Under the pieces are notes generated by a model. That model saw only the letters and a program-made list of their open reading frames with translations. It was not told the DNA's origin and searched no databases. A program made the translations under genes and the position numbers. Shown piece by piece: positions 35,684 through 44,383 of a stretch of DNA of 64,000 nucleotides. This stretch comes from a virus, in the IMG/VR virus record IMGVR_UViG_3300045988_153745. One strand, written 5' to 3'. Position 1 is the stretch's first letter; each line of letters begins with the position of its first letter.

Positions 35684-36139
35684 ATTTAGCTATTTCCTAT
35701 CATGAGGTTGCAACCCTAAGATGCTTGTTATTCTGATAGGTCTTGCCTTCTGAGACTTGCTCTCTACATCTCAAACCTAACCGTGTGTCATTAGCTTAAC
35801 ATGCTTCATTACAAAGCATAACACCACCACTGGTCACTAACGCTCTTTAACCTCGGCTGTATTATCAACAGCATAGCTACAATACTGATAAATACTGCAG
35901 CACTAAACCAATTCTTGTACTTAAAATTTTGTTTAGTAAAATTAGAATACTGTGCTTAGCACAAAAACATTAAAGTCACCCTCAGACTTCTACTGAATCT
36001 TTCTGCTACTGGCAGACTGTTCTACAAATCATCCCTGCTATAGTCAAGAATTAATTTGATGTATAACTATGTATTAATCTTCAGTAACATCGTCATGTAC
36101 TTACTAATTAAAACTCATTATACTTAAACTATGGTGAAC

Positions 36140-36210
36140 GCTTCTAGTGGGAGTCGGACCCACCTCTATGCCGTGACAGGGCATTGTCCTAACCGATGAA
36201 CGATAAAAGC
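36140..36210 (-). tRNA. tRNA-Asp (GUC)
   Basis: Acceptor GCTTTTA/TAGAAGC, anticodon arm ATGCC-CTGTCAC-GGCAT, T arm GTGGG-TCCGACT-CCCAC. Confidence 0.75.
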
Positions 36211-36657
36211 AAAAATGACTTATCATTATATTAAAACTATTATTTTCTAAGTCCTAAGTTTTAGTATTTAATAAGTCATCAGTGTAATTTACAGCTGTAA
36301 GAATTAATAAGTAATAAGTAATAAAATCATCTGATATTCTTGAACATTTGCTGTATGGACTATATTTTGTTTACTAATGTTTAATTACAAAGCCCGCATT
36401 AATAAACTCTTTTAAAACCAAAAAAATACATTTGAACATTATTTTCTATCTATTAAAAGTAATATTGCGGTATGGGCTTTAATGAAGTATCGCAGCTCGG
36501 AAGCTCTACTTACATATGGTGTTTGTACAAAACATCTTTGTTTTCAGTATTAACTTTTATGGAAAACAATAATCTTTTATATTAGGTATTATAAAATCCT
36601 TATATAAAAAATTAAGAAAAGCTTAACAGAAGATTTTTAGGTAATCTCCAACCTAGT

Positions 36658-36740
36658 AGGGGAGGTGAGATTCGAACTCACTCAGCCCGAAGGCAACGGT
36701 TTTACAGACCGCCCCGACTCTCCAACTTCGGCGCTCCCCT
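36658..36740 (-). tRNA. tRNA-Tyr (GUA), class II
   Basis: Acceptor AGGGGAG/CTCCCCT, anticodon arm GCGGT-CTGTAAA-ACCGT, a long variable arm, T arm GTGAG-TTCGAAT-CTCAC. Confidence 0.8.
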
Positions 36741-36746
36741 ATAAAT

Positions 36747-36819
36747 ACTAGAAGCTAGAATCGAACTAGCAACCTGACGCTTATGAAACGCCTGCTCTAA
36801 CCATTTGAGCTATTCTAGC
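36747..36819 (-). tRNA. tRNA with a CAU anticodon, elongator Met or Ile2-type
   Basis: D arm GCTC-AAATGGTTA-GAGC, anticodon arm GGCGT-TTCATAA-GCGTC, T arm GCTAG-TTCGATT-CTAGC. Confidence 0.7.
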
Positions 36820-36831
36820 ACGCTTATTTTA

Positions 36832-37152
36832 TTAAGCAATTGCCGCAGCCTTCTTAGCTTTTGCCTTAGCTGCAGCTTCTTTCTCTTTAGCAATCTCATT
36901 ATCAAGTTTAGCAAAGATTGATGTTACGATTGCATAAGGAACTCTTGATGACTTAGCTTTCTCCGCCCTCTTGTCCTTTTCAATCCACCACTTCTTTGTG
37001 TAAGGCTTGTATGGATTTGCCTTATATACATAAGCTTTTCCAGCTTCACGCTTTGCAGCAAACTTTGCCTGACGCTTAGCTTCCTGAGCTTTATGAGCCT
37101 TTGTTCTACCACCATTTGATACTCTTGATACTCTCTTATTCTGTCCTGCCAT
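36832..37152 (-). CDS. Small, highly basic Lys/Ala-rich protein, possibly a nucleic-acid-binding protein
   Basis: 106 aa with a consensus promoter at 37196..37224. Confidence 0.5.
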   Translation of the reverse strand: MAGQNKRVSRVSNGGRTKAHKAQEAKRQAKFAAKREAGKAYVYKANPYKPYTKKWWIEKDKRAEKAKSSRVPYAIVTSIFAKLDNEIAKEKEAAAKAKAKKAAAIA

Positions 37153-37195
37153 AATATAAATCTCCTTTTCTTTTCCTTTTCTTTATTACATATAT

Positions 37196-37224
37196 ATTAT
37201 ATCATAAATTTTATATAATATCAA
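37196..37224 (-). promoter_or_regulatory. Consensus promoter
   Basis: Minus-strand reading: TTGATA ttatataaaatttatga TATAAT. Confidence 0.65.
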
Positions 37225-37351
37225 ATAGATTTTTATTTCCTTTTGTTTATATCAAGCGGGTAAGGTTGACATTATTGTCAACCAATCCGCTAACAGAAAG
37301 GAAATTTATATGAACTGAATTTTTAAAGGAAGAAATTCAGAAAAACCAAGT

Positions 37352-37423
37352 AGCGGGAGAGGGACTTGAACCCTCGACCTCGAGATAATGACTCTCGCGA
37401 GCTTCCAACTGCTCTACCCCGCG
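37352..37423 (-). tRNA. tRNA with a CAU anticodon and an unpaired C1xU72 acceptor end, possibly initiator-like
   Basis: D arm GAGC-AGTTGGAA-GCTC, anticodon arm CGAGA-GTCATTA-TCTCG, T arm GAGGG-TTCAAGT-CCCTC. Confidence 0.55.
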
Positions 37424-37634
37424 GCATTAAATTCTTTAAAAAAATATTTATTTAAGTTAAAGATTTGGCGGAATACATTTTTCAGTACCACTTTAAATGC
37501 GAAGACCTTTTACAACCAGTGGGAATATGTCCTCAAGTACATAAAGTCTTGAGTAAGCTGGAAACCAACCTCACTTTCCTCACATACCAAATCGGGCGAT
37601 TGGACCTGATCCATTTCAACTTAATTTATAATAT

Positions 37635-38363
37635 TTATATCAAAAACCATTCTTCATCAGAATAGGTCTTGATTTCTTTTTTTGTTCTAGGTAAATTTAA
37701 TTTATCGCACCATTTTCTAATAGCGTTATCTGATACTTGATAAATTTTACCTATCTCCGTAAAAGATTTATTACGGATTAAATCTTTTAAAGTATTTCTA
37801 TCTACAGGTAAATCATTTATTGATTTTATCTGTTGTTTGCTAAAGCATTTAATGCATCTATTAGAACCTTTTGAAATTTCTTTTCCACAATCAATACAAT
37901 AATATTTTTTAACATATGATTTTCTATTTTTACCATTTGTTGTATCAAGTTGCTGATTGCAATTAGGACAAACCCAACGAAGATTCTCTAATCTATCATC
38001 ATTATTAATTCCATTTATATGGTCAAGAATTAAAGTTAATTCTTTTCCTTGCCATACGGGTTTTTGTCCGCAAATAGAACAAACATATGAAGTATATCCT
38101 TTTTCTTTGTACCATTTTCTTAATGTTTTTTGTGCTGCGGTTGAATTTTCTATAAAAATATTTTCTTCATTTCTTTTTATAGAAGTATTATTTGCATTAA
38201 AATGACTTTTATCAAAATCTTTTGTTCTTTCTTCAAGAAAAATTTTTAAATCTCCTGAAAAAGAAGTATAACCTATTTTTTTAGCTAAATCTCTATAAGA
38301 ACTAGATAATTTAACTATTTGTTCTAATTCTTTTTCAGTATAATTATCAATAATTGAATTCAT
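37635..38363 (-). CDS. HNH homing endonuclease inserted in the tRNA array
   Basis: LDHINGINNDDRLENLRWVCPNCN is an HNH motif. There are zinc fingers and a C-terminal DNA-binding region. Confidence 0.75.
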   Translation of the reverse strand: MNSIIDNYTEKELEQIVKLSSSYRDLAKKIGYTSFSGDLKIFLEERTKDFDKSHFNANNTSIKRNEENIFIENSTAAQKTLRKWYKEKGYTSYVCSICGQKPVWQGKELTLILDHINGINNDDRLENLRWVCPNCNQQLDTTNGKNRKSYVKKYYCIDCGKEISKGSNRCIKCFSKQQIKSINDLPVDRNTLKDLIRNKSFTEIGKIYQVSDNAIRKWCDKLNLPRTKKEIKTYSDEEWFLI

Positions 38364-38448
38364 TTATCTTCTCCTTTATTGCTTTATCTTATACTTAATA
38401 TGAATTTTGAACTTAAATACTTGAACTTATTTGTCCAAAATATTTAAT

Positions 38449-38519
38449 GACTCTTGCCAGACTCGAACTGGCGTTTCTAGGATGAAAACCTAATGTCCTA
38501 ACCGCTAGACGAAAGAGCC
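38449..38519 (-). tRNA. tRNA-Glu (UUC)
   Basis: Acceptor GGCTCTT/AAGAGTC, anticodon arm TTAGG-TTTTCAT-CCTAG, T arm GCCAG-TTCGAGT-CTGGC. Confidence 0.8.
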
Positions 38520-38585
38520 AAGCTGCTAGGAAAAAATCCTAGCATATAGAAAAGAGGTAACTTATCAAAACTTCGCGTTTGAATG

Positions 38586-38657
38586 ACTTCTGCCAGATTC
38601 GAACTGACATTCTCGGGATGAGAACCCGACCTCCTGACCGATTAGAGGAAGAAGCCA
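38586..38657 (-). tRNA. tRNA-Glu (CUC)
   Basis: Acceptor GGCTTCT/AGAAGTC, anticodon arm TCGGG-TTCTCAT-CCCGA, T arm GTCAG-TTCGAAT-CTGGC. Confidence 0.8.
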
Positions 38658-38804
38658 AATCCAACTTATATTATACTCTAGTTGGCAAAGAGTAACTTCA
38701 CGTAGTCGCACGACCAAGATATTTTCTTGATAAAAGGTAACTCTATGTCTGGGTAAGTTAGACGGAAGTTACTAGCCACTTATAAACCCATATGTTATAT
38801 AAAT

Positions 38805-38833
38805 ATTATAACATAATTTTTTATAAAAATCAA
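38805..38833 (-). promoter_or_regulatory. Consensus promoter driving the leader plus the two tRNA-Glu genes
   Basis: Minus-strand reading: TTGATT tttataaaaaattatgt TATAAT. Confidence 0.65.
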
Positions 38834-39051
38834 TTTAATTTTTAACCTAGCGTTTCAGATACTTTTAGCTCAAAGAGGAGCTTACACGCATAGTCCACAA
38901 GTATCATTTTCGGGCTTTAGGATTCACTCTAAGTAGCTAGATTTAACTCCCTTGTTAATTCAAGTCTTCCCATCTCCGACTCTTAGAGGATGTTTACCTA
39001 TTTTTTATACCGTTGGCACACATCAAACGGTTTCCTTTATCTTATATAAAT

Positions 39052-39080
39052 ATTATAACATATTTTTTTATAAAAATCAA
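39052..39080 (-). promoter_or_regulatory. Consensus promoter driving an ORF-free, tRNA-free transcript of about 200 nt
   Basis: Minus-strand reading: TTGATT tttataaaaaaatatgt TATAAT. The next promoter lies 220 nt downstream. Confidence 0.6.
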
Positions 39081-39274
39081 ATATTTCTAAACTCGTGTAT
39101 GTATTATGAAAACTATTTAAAAATAGTGTTGTCTACATATTTTGCTGTAAGAGTTAATCATTTGATTTAAAAGACAGTTCGCTTCTGTCTGACATAGGCA
39201 GTATCTCATTATGCGCCCAGAGACTTTCCTATAATCTTCGTCTGACCTATCGCCGCGACACGCCATTCAGACCA

Positions 39275-39345
39275 GTGTTAAATTGAGAGACCGAGAGTCG
39301 AACTCGGATGACCTCCGTATCAGAGAGGCATACTAACCATTATAT
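39275..39345 (-). tRNA. tRNA-Ile (GAU)
   Basis: Acceptor TGAGAGA/TCTCTCA, anticodon arm CCTCT-CTGATAC-GGAGG, T arm CCGAG-TTCGACT-CTCGG. Confidence 0.8.
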
Positions 39346-39464
39346 TATCTCTCAAAAAAGCTAGACACCATTGATTAATTAAAAGGGAATAAAGCCTTTT
39401 ACTATTTTACATACAAATATTTTTGTTTGTTAGAATCATCAATTTTGCTGTTAGTGCCTAAAAA

Positions 39465-39533
39465 GTATCATGTAAGATTCGAACTCACTCTTCTAGGGAA
39501 TACCCAGCGTACAAACCATTATACGAATGATAC
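39465..39533 (-). ncRNA. Atypical tRNA-like gene with good acceptor, D and T arms but a 5-nt anticodon loop
   Basis: Acceptor GTATCAT/ATGATAC, T arm GTGAG-TTCGAAT-CTTAC. The anticodon region CTGGG-TATTC-CCTAG does not form a 7-nt loop. Confidence 0.35.
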
Positions 39534-39659
39534 ATATAAAATAACTTCAAAAGCTTGTTACTCACTAGTAAAGAAGAAAACTTTTATAAAAGATAAAACA
39601 ACCTTTTACAAGACTTAGTTATCATGTCTTTCTACCACAATTTAATTTCTTAGGTTAAT

Positions 39660-39741
39660 GCGGGATGTGAGACTCGAACTCACAACCTTCAACGAGGTAC
39701 GGATTTTAAGTCCGCCGTGTAAACCATTCCACCAATCCCGC
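39660..39741 (-). tRNA. tRNA-Leu (UAA), class II
   Basis: Acceptor GCGGGAT/ATCCCGC, anticodon arm GCGGA-CTTAAAA-TCCGT, a long variable arm, T arm GTGAG-TTCGAGT-CTCAC. Confidence 0.85.
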
Positions 39742-39907
39742 AAGTGGCGTTTTATTTTATTGTTGACGCCAAACAATCTAATTAAATCTTGAAATACTAA
39801 TTACAGGGCGTTTCCGCATAAAGATTTTCTGATTAGTATATTGTCATTTTCAAATGCTACTATAAAATCTTTTTCACATTTTTTTTCTTTTTCATATCTT
39901 ATATAAA

Positions 39908-39936
39908 TATTATATCATATTTTTTTATAAAAATCA
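39908..39936 (-). promoter_or_regulatory. Consensus promoter upstream of the Leu/Ile tRNA sub-cluster
   Basis: Minus-strand reading: TTGATT tttataaaaaaatatga TATAAT. Confidence 0.65.
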
Positions 39937-39949
39937 AAATATGATTAAA

Positions 39950-40021
39950 TGGAGCTAGTGGGGCTCGAACCCACGACCTTTCGCTTGCAGGGCGAATGCT
40001 CTCCCAACTGAGCTACAGCCC
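39950..40021 (-). tRNA. tRNA-Ala (UGC) with a G3:U70 pair
   Basis: Acceptor GGGGCTG/TAGCTCC gives the G3:U70 wobble. D arm GCTC-AGTTGGGA-GAGC, anticodon arm TTCGC-CCTGCAA-GCGAA, T arm GTGGG-TTCGAGC-CCCAC. Confidence 0.8.
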
Positions 40022-40022
40022 C

Positions 40023-40301
40023 TTATACCCAGTATCTATCATATAGTCTCAACATATTTGTTAAACCTACTGGATTTGCAGTATGAAAATTTAACTTATA
40101 GAATAATTCTTTTTCTATTAGATAATCCATTAAATAGATAGCATCACCGCCATCTTCAGCAAAATCACCTAAATCATGGTCTAAATCAATTAATTCTATA
40201 CTACTCTTGTTTTTCTCAATAAATAATATAGTTTCATTAACCGAATGACACCATATATATCCACTAGGTGCTTTTCTTAAATCATCAAGCCATATTTTCA
40301 T
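40023..40301 (-). CDS. Hypothetical protein that abuts tRNA-Ala
   Basis: 92 aa (MKIWLDDLR...LDHDLGD). The family was not recognised. Confidence 0.45.
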   Translation of the reverse strand: MKIWLDDLRKAPSGYIWCHSVNETILFIEKNKSSIELIDLDHDLGDFAEDGGDAIYLMDYLIEKELFYKLNFHTANPVGLTNMLRLYDRYWV

Positions 40302-40331
40302 AACATTCCTTTCTAGTACTGAAGTACTAAT

Positions 40332-40401
40332 TCTGGTTGAGAGAGTCGAACTCTCGTTACTGGGTTACAAAGCCAGGGTTCTACCATTAAACTAAACCAG
40401 A
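40332..40401 (-). tRNA. tRNA-Thr (UGU)
   Basis: Acceptor TCTGGTT/AACCAGA, D arm GTTT-AATGGTA-GAAC, anticodon loop TTTGTAA, T arm GAGAG-TTCGACT-CTCTC. Confidence 0.75.
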
Positions 40402-41040
40402 TTATAAAATTAAGAGGTTTTCCACCAATGTAAGACAAACCAATAAACTTACTTTTGGTAGGCTGTGTTTCGCTACTGGTTAGCGCTCTTCGCTCTCTCT
40501 ATCAACCACATATACAATCTTCCTTTAATTTGATTCTCGCATCTAGGAGTGTGTTATCCATATGCCGATATCTTTCTCCCCTACGGCTCCCATAATTCTC
40601 TCGAACTATTTTTCTTACGCATGTAGCCAACGACTATTATTCACACCTAATAGCCAGCGAGTTTTAATGTCTTTGCTTTGACATAATTACCCATGCAGGA
40701 CTCGAACCTGCATCTCCCCTTGTCGGAGTATTTTTCCAATTAATTTAAACTAACAGGCATTTCTATATGATTGCCGCCATATAGTCAAGGCATTTTGGTA
40801 TTTTTAATCCACATGCGGCAACATGCTTCATTCAATCAACCAACGAGGAATACTTTGAATGCCACCATTGGGTTCACTACGACGAACCGGCAAGAATCGA
40901 ACTTGCCACATTCTTCATTCATACCTCTACCGAACACTGAAATCTCTTCGGATATGAACATTGACAGTTTTAACAAGGTAACTGACAACTGACTGCTCGG
41001 TTTTGTTTAACCAGTTCCGCAACTGGAAGCTCCTCCCCTG

Positions 41041-41110
41041 GGAATCGAACCCAGATTCTCCGCTTAACAGGCGGGCATCCTACCCTTGAATGAGAGAGGA
41101 AAAATATTTT
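41041..41110 (-). tRNA. tRNA-Asn (GUU)
   Basis: Acceptor TCCTCTC/GGGAGGA, D arm ATTC-AAGGGTA-GGAT, anticodon loop CTGTTAA, T arm CTGGG-TTCGATT-CCCAG. Confidence 0.75.
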
Positions 41111-41131
41111 TTTTCTTTATCTTATATAAAT

Positions 41132-41160
41132 ATTATAACATAAATTTTTATAAAAATCAA
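41132..41160 (-). promoter_or_regulatory. Consensus promoter upstream of tRNA-Asn
   Basis: Minus-strand reading: TTGATT tttataaaaatttatgt TATAAT. Confidence 0.65.
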
Positions 41161-41338
41161 ATTACTATTATACGACCATAAGTAATTTGGTAGTTTTAAC
41201 TAGATTCCGCTAGTAGGAGATTTTGTTCTCTTGGGTAAACCGCAGCCTTAGTCGCTCTCCGTCAACCTCACCCTGTATACCTTCTTTTTTATAGAGGAGA
41301 AGCATGGGTAGTAACTTACCTCTTTTCTTTATATAAAT

Positions 41339-41367
41339 ATTATATCATATTTTTTTATATTTTTCAA
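41339..41367 (-). promoter_or_regulatory. Consensus promoter driving an ORF-free segment of about 180 nt (41161..41338)
   Basis: Minus-strand reading: TTGAAA aatataaaaaaatatga TATAAT. There is no ORF or tRNA before the next promoter. Confidence 0.6.
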
Positions 41368-41602
41368 GTTTGTACTTTATATAAAAAATATTTTATAATA
41401 CTTAAATCACTTTGTCCAAAAATTTTTAAAAATGGCTGTTTGTTATCAGCAGGTTGCCGCCCTAATAAAAAAACTTTAAGAAAGCTATTATCATAAAACT
41501 TGTCATCTTTAACGCAGTAACTCACGACTTATAACTCTTTGATAAGCAAGTCAACATATCTGATGCTGTATGTGCGCATTAAGAACTGATAAATTCTTAA
41601 AT

Positions 41603-41675
41603 GGACCTTCTGGGACTTGAACCCAGGACCATTCGCTTATGAGACGAGCGCTCTAACCAACTGAGCTAAAGGACC
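41603..41675 (-). tRNA. tRNA with a CAU anticodon, Met or Ile2-type
   Basis: Acceptor GGTCCTT/AAGGTCC with a U3xU70 mismatch. D arm GCTC-AGTTGGTTA-GAGC, anticodon loop CTCATAA, T arm CTGGG-TTCAAGT-CCCAG. Confidence 0.7.
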
Positions 41676-42005
41676 AAATACAAGACACGGTTATCTACTT
41701 TAAAAGAGTAGTGCTTATGAGCTAAAAAATTGCTGTATGTGTCTTATTTATAAATGATTTAGATGCTGTTTCAACTGAGCCTAGCGCTTTTATCTCAGTA
41801 TTAATGTCGACAACTAGGTTATGATTATAGCCTTTCTAATAGGCACTATTCGCATAGCCGCACCACTTTTATCTCTTCCTTTTCTTTGTGCAAAATATTT
41901 AAACTCAAGACCCTGTTGCAGGTAGCTACTCCTACTCACTTTGTTGCAATATTCTGAAACCAAAGAAAGTTTTTAATAAATTTCCTTATCATTTATTATA
42001 TAAAT

Positions 42006-42034
42006 ATTATAACATAAATTTTTATAAAAATCAA
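42006..42034 (-). promoter_or_regulatory. Consensus promoter driving a 300-nt leader plus the tRNA (CAU) gene
   Basis: Minus-strand reading: TTGATT tttataaaaatttatgt TATAAT. Confidence 0.65.
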
Positions 42035-42706
42035 TTAAATATCAAAGTAGTTAATTGATGAAACACCCAAAAGTTCATAATTGATATATGAAACAGAAGT
42101 ATTCCAATTATCATAAACTCTTAAAAATCTTAAATCTTTCTTCTTTCCTGTCTTATTGTTCTTAACTTTAAAAGTCTCTACTCCTATTATTAAAACAGAA
42201 TGGTCTTTATAATAATTTCTACCATCTGTAAGAAGATTTAAAATCATTGGATACTGCATATTCTTGATATAACTTTTAATCTTTTCAAAATTGAAACCTA
42301 TAATTGGAACACTTTTTAAAAATTTACTTTTAGCTTTATACTGCGTATTTGGCGTAAACTTTTCTAAAGACCTCTGTAATAATGCAGATATCACAAGAGG
42401 ATTAGTACCTTTTAACTTTCCATCATAATTATAGTACTTTTCCGCAATTTCCTCGATTATTGAGTAAAGTCCTTCTGTAGAAAGATACCTTATTTGCGCA
42501 ACCTCTTTAATTAAAGCTGTTGCACTAACAAGAGTACAATCATTCTTTTGACCAAAATCATTCTGGTCTAATGCAAGAATTACTTTCCTTCTGTCTAAAT
42601 CTACTTTCTCTCGAGATATAACAGTATAACCAAGACTTGTTATATATCTCATTATATTATATTCATGCAAACGCATACCACTATACATTAAGTAACACCT
42701 CTTCAT
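42035..42706 (-). CDS. Hypothetical protein
   Basis: 223-aa ORF. Confidence 0.5.
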   Translation of the reverse strand: MKRCYLMYSGMRLHEYNIMRYITSLGYTVISREKVDLDRRKVILALDQNDFGQKNDCTLVSATALIKEVAQIRYLSTEGLYSIIEEIAEKYYNYDGKLKGTNPLVISALLQRSLEKFTPNTQYKAKSKFLKSVPIIGFNFEKIKSYIKNMQYPMILNLLTDGRNYYKDHSVLIIGVETFKVKNNKTGKKKDLRFLRVYDNWNTSVSYINYELLGVSSINYFDI

Positions 42707-42987
42707 ATCTGAAAATTTACTGCTCTTGATTTCGCATTCATCCAGTTCTTATATTTTCTCATTGCGGTTAAAGATTTCCAACCCCATGAAACAAAAGAAC
42801 CATCATTCTTAATAGTTACAATATCTGGTTTAAAATCTTTTATTAACATTCTTAGAAAATCATCTACTGACATATTAAGTACTCGTGCGGGAATCACCCA
42901 TTTTTCTACATTAGCAGGGAAACTACTAGTATGCTCACAGTACCAAACACCACTCGCACCTTGCCATTCTTCTAAACGATATAACAT
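42703..42987 (-). CDS. Hypothetical protein
   Basis: 94-aa ORF whose start overlaps the downstream gene by 4 nt. Confidence 0.45.
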   Translation of the reverse strand: MLYRLEEWQGASGVWYCEHTSSFPANVEKWVIPARVLNMSVDDFLRMLIKDFKPDIVTIKNDGSFVSWGWKSLTAMRKYKNWMNAKSRAVNFQI

Positions 42988-43004
42988 TCCCGCACCTCCT
43001 TAAA

Positions 43005-43322
43005 TTAAAAATCTAAATGTAATTCTGCGGCAAGCTTCTTAACCGCTTCTTTCTCTGCCTCTGTTGCCTGAATTTTCTGTTCTCCAACTGTTGGAAAAGC
43101 TGAAGTCTGAACCCCTGATACATTGACTGCCGCACCTGGAATAGCTGTATCTTCTCCTGGCTCAACATTAGTCTTTGCACAAGTTAAAGTTACTTTAATC
43201 TGTACTTCAGAACCATCTTCAATCAAAGGAATTCTTATCTCCTTACCATATCTAAAAGAATTATCAAAAGTTGATAACAACTTCTCTTCAATATATGCCT
43301 TGCTACTTGCACCTTTAGCCAT
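43005..43322 (-). CDS. Hypothetical protein
   Basis: 105-aa ORF with an AAGGAG ribosome-binding site and a consensus promoter at 43356..43384. Confidence 0.5.
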   Translation of the reverse strand: MAKGASSKAYIEEKLLSTFDNSFRYGKEIRIPLIEDGSEVQIKVTLTCAKTNVEPGEDTAIPGAAVNVSGVQTSAFPTVGEQKIQATEAEKEAVKKLAAELHLDF

Positions 43323-43355
43323 ATCTTTTTATCTCCTTATCTTTATTACATATAT

Positions 43356-43384
43356 ATTATATCATAAAATTTTATAAAAATCAA
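43356..43384 (-). promoter_or_regulatory. Consensus promoter
   Basis: Minus-strand reading: TTGATT tttataaaattttatga TATAAT. Confidence 0.7.
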
Positions 43385-44383
43385 TTACAAAAATGAACGC
43401 GTTGACTTCGGATGATGTTTGATTTTACAGTTTCCGCAAAGCATGTATACATGATTCACTCCTTCAATCCAATATCTATCATCACCCGCTTTAAAGATAC
43501 GACCACAATAGTAACATTCTGTTACATCTTCCATTTTTAATGGTTTTGGAGTATATGAATTACTTCTATAATTATTTGGATTAAACTGTGGATACTCCTT
43601 TGGAATATATTCATAAACTTTATGTCTGCGAAGCTTCTGATTATCTTCTAACATAGTCTTAACTCTCTCAATAGAGTCTGATAAGAAGTTTAAATTAATT
43701 CTTTCCATGTCCATATGTTCATCAAAATACCCAACAGAAAGATTAACTGCGGCAATGCCCCACACTGGAGCTATTGTACTTATATCTGAAAAAGTTCCTG
43801 TATCAGTCTCCCAACCAAATGAATTAACATATTCTTCAAATATTTTATTATCACAGCTGTAAAAGACAGAATCCTTTTCTCCTCTTCTATCTAACTGAAT
43901 AAGATAATCACAATCTTTATCTGCTTTTGGATAATCTTCAATTAATGCAGATGCCCCACTTCCGCCATACTCTTCATCATGTGTAAAAATAATAACCGCA
44001 GGTAAAAGACCTGCCTGCAAGATGCTAATGATACTATAAACGCCCGCTCTATCATCTGCACCTAAGCCGCAAGTTCCTATAATTGTTGATTTATTTTTAT
44101 CATAAAACATGCTTTCTCTTGTTGGCGGCAACTCAAAAACAGTATCTAAATGTGCTAATAATCCAATGTGACTTTTTTTAGAATTATTAGTTTTAGCATA
44201 TATGTAATTCTCTGTTTCTATTACCTTATATTTATATCCTTTTAAAAAAACAACAAGTAAGTCATGTAACTCATATTCCTTTAAACAGAGTAAATCTACA
44301 AAAGTCTTAATCTTAAAATTATCTTTATTTTTTTCTATTTCCATATATTTATTATATGCCCATTCTAATCTACTCTTTGTCAT
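43385..44383 (-). CDS. M20/M28/M42-type metallopeptidase with a C-terminal zinc ribbon
   Basis: IGLLAHLDTV, DDRAGV and HDEEYGGSGA are metal-ligand motifs. The C-terminal CYYCGR...CGNC block is a Cys4 cluster. Confidence 0.6.
   Translation of the reverse strand: MTKSRLEWAYNKYMEIEKNKDNFKIKTFVDLLCLKEYELHDLLVVFLKGYKYKVIETENYIYAKTNNSKKSHIGLLAHLDTVFELPPTRESMFYDKNKSTIIGTCGLGADDRAGVYSIISILQAGLLPAVIIFTHDEEYGGSGASALIEDYPKADKDCDYLIQLDRRGEKDSVFYSCDNKIFEEYVNSFGWETDTGTFSDISTIAPVWGIAAVNLSVGYFDEHMDMERINLNFLSDSIERVKTMLEDNQKLRRHKVYEYIPKEYPQFNPNNYRSNSYTPKPLKMEDVTECYYCGRIFKAGDDRYWIEGVNHVYMLCGNCKIKHHPKSTRSFL

Noticed and set aside
40402-41040. I suspected a tmRNA gene because the region contains tRNA-like T-arms within a long ORF-free stretch.
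   Set aside because: No acceptor-stem pairing links a 5' end to the T-arm, and I found no tag-peptide reading frame ending in ALAA-stop.
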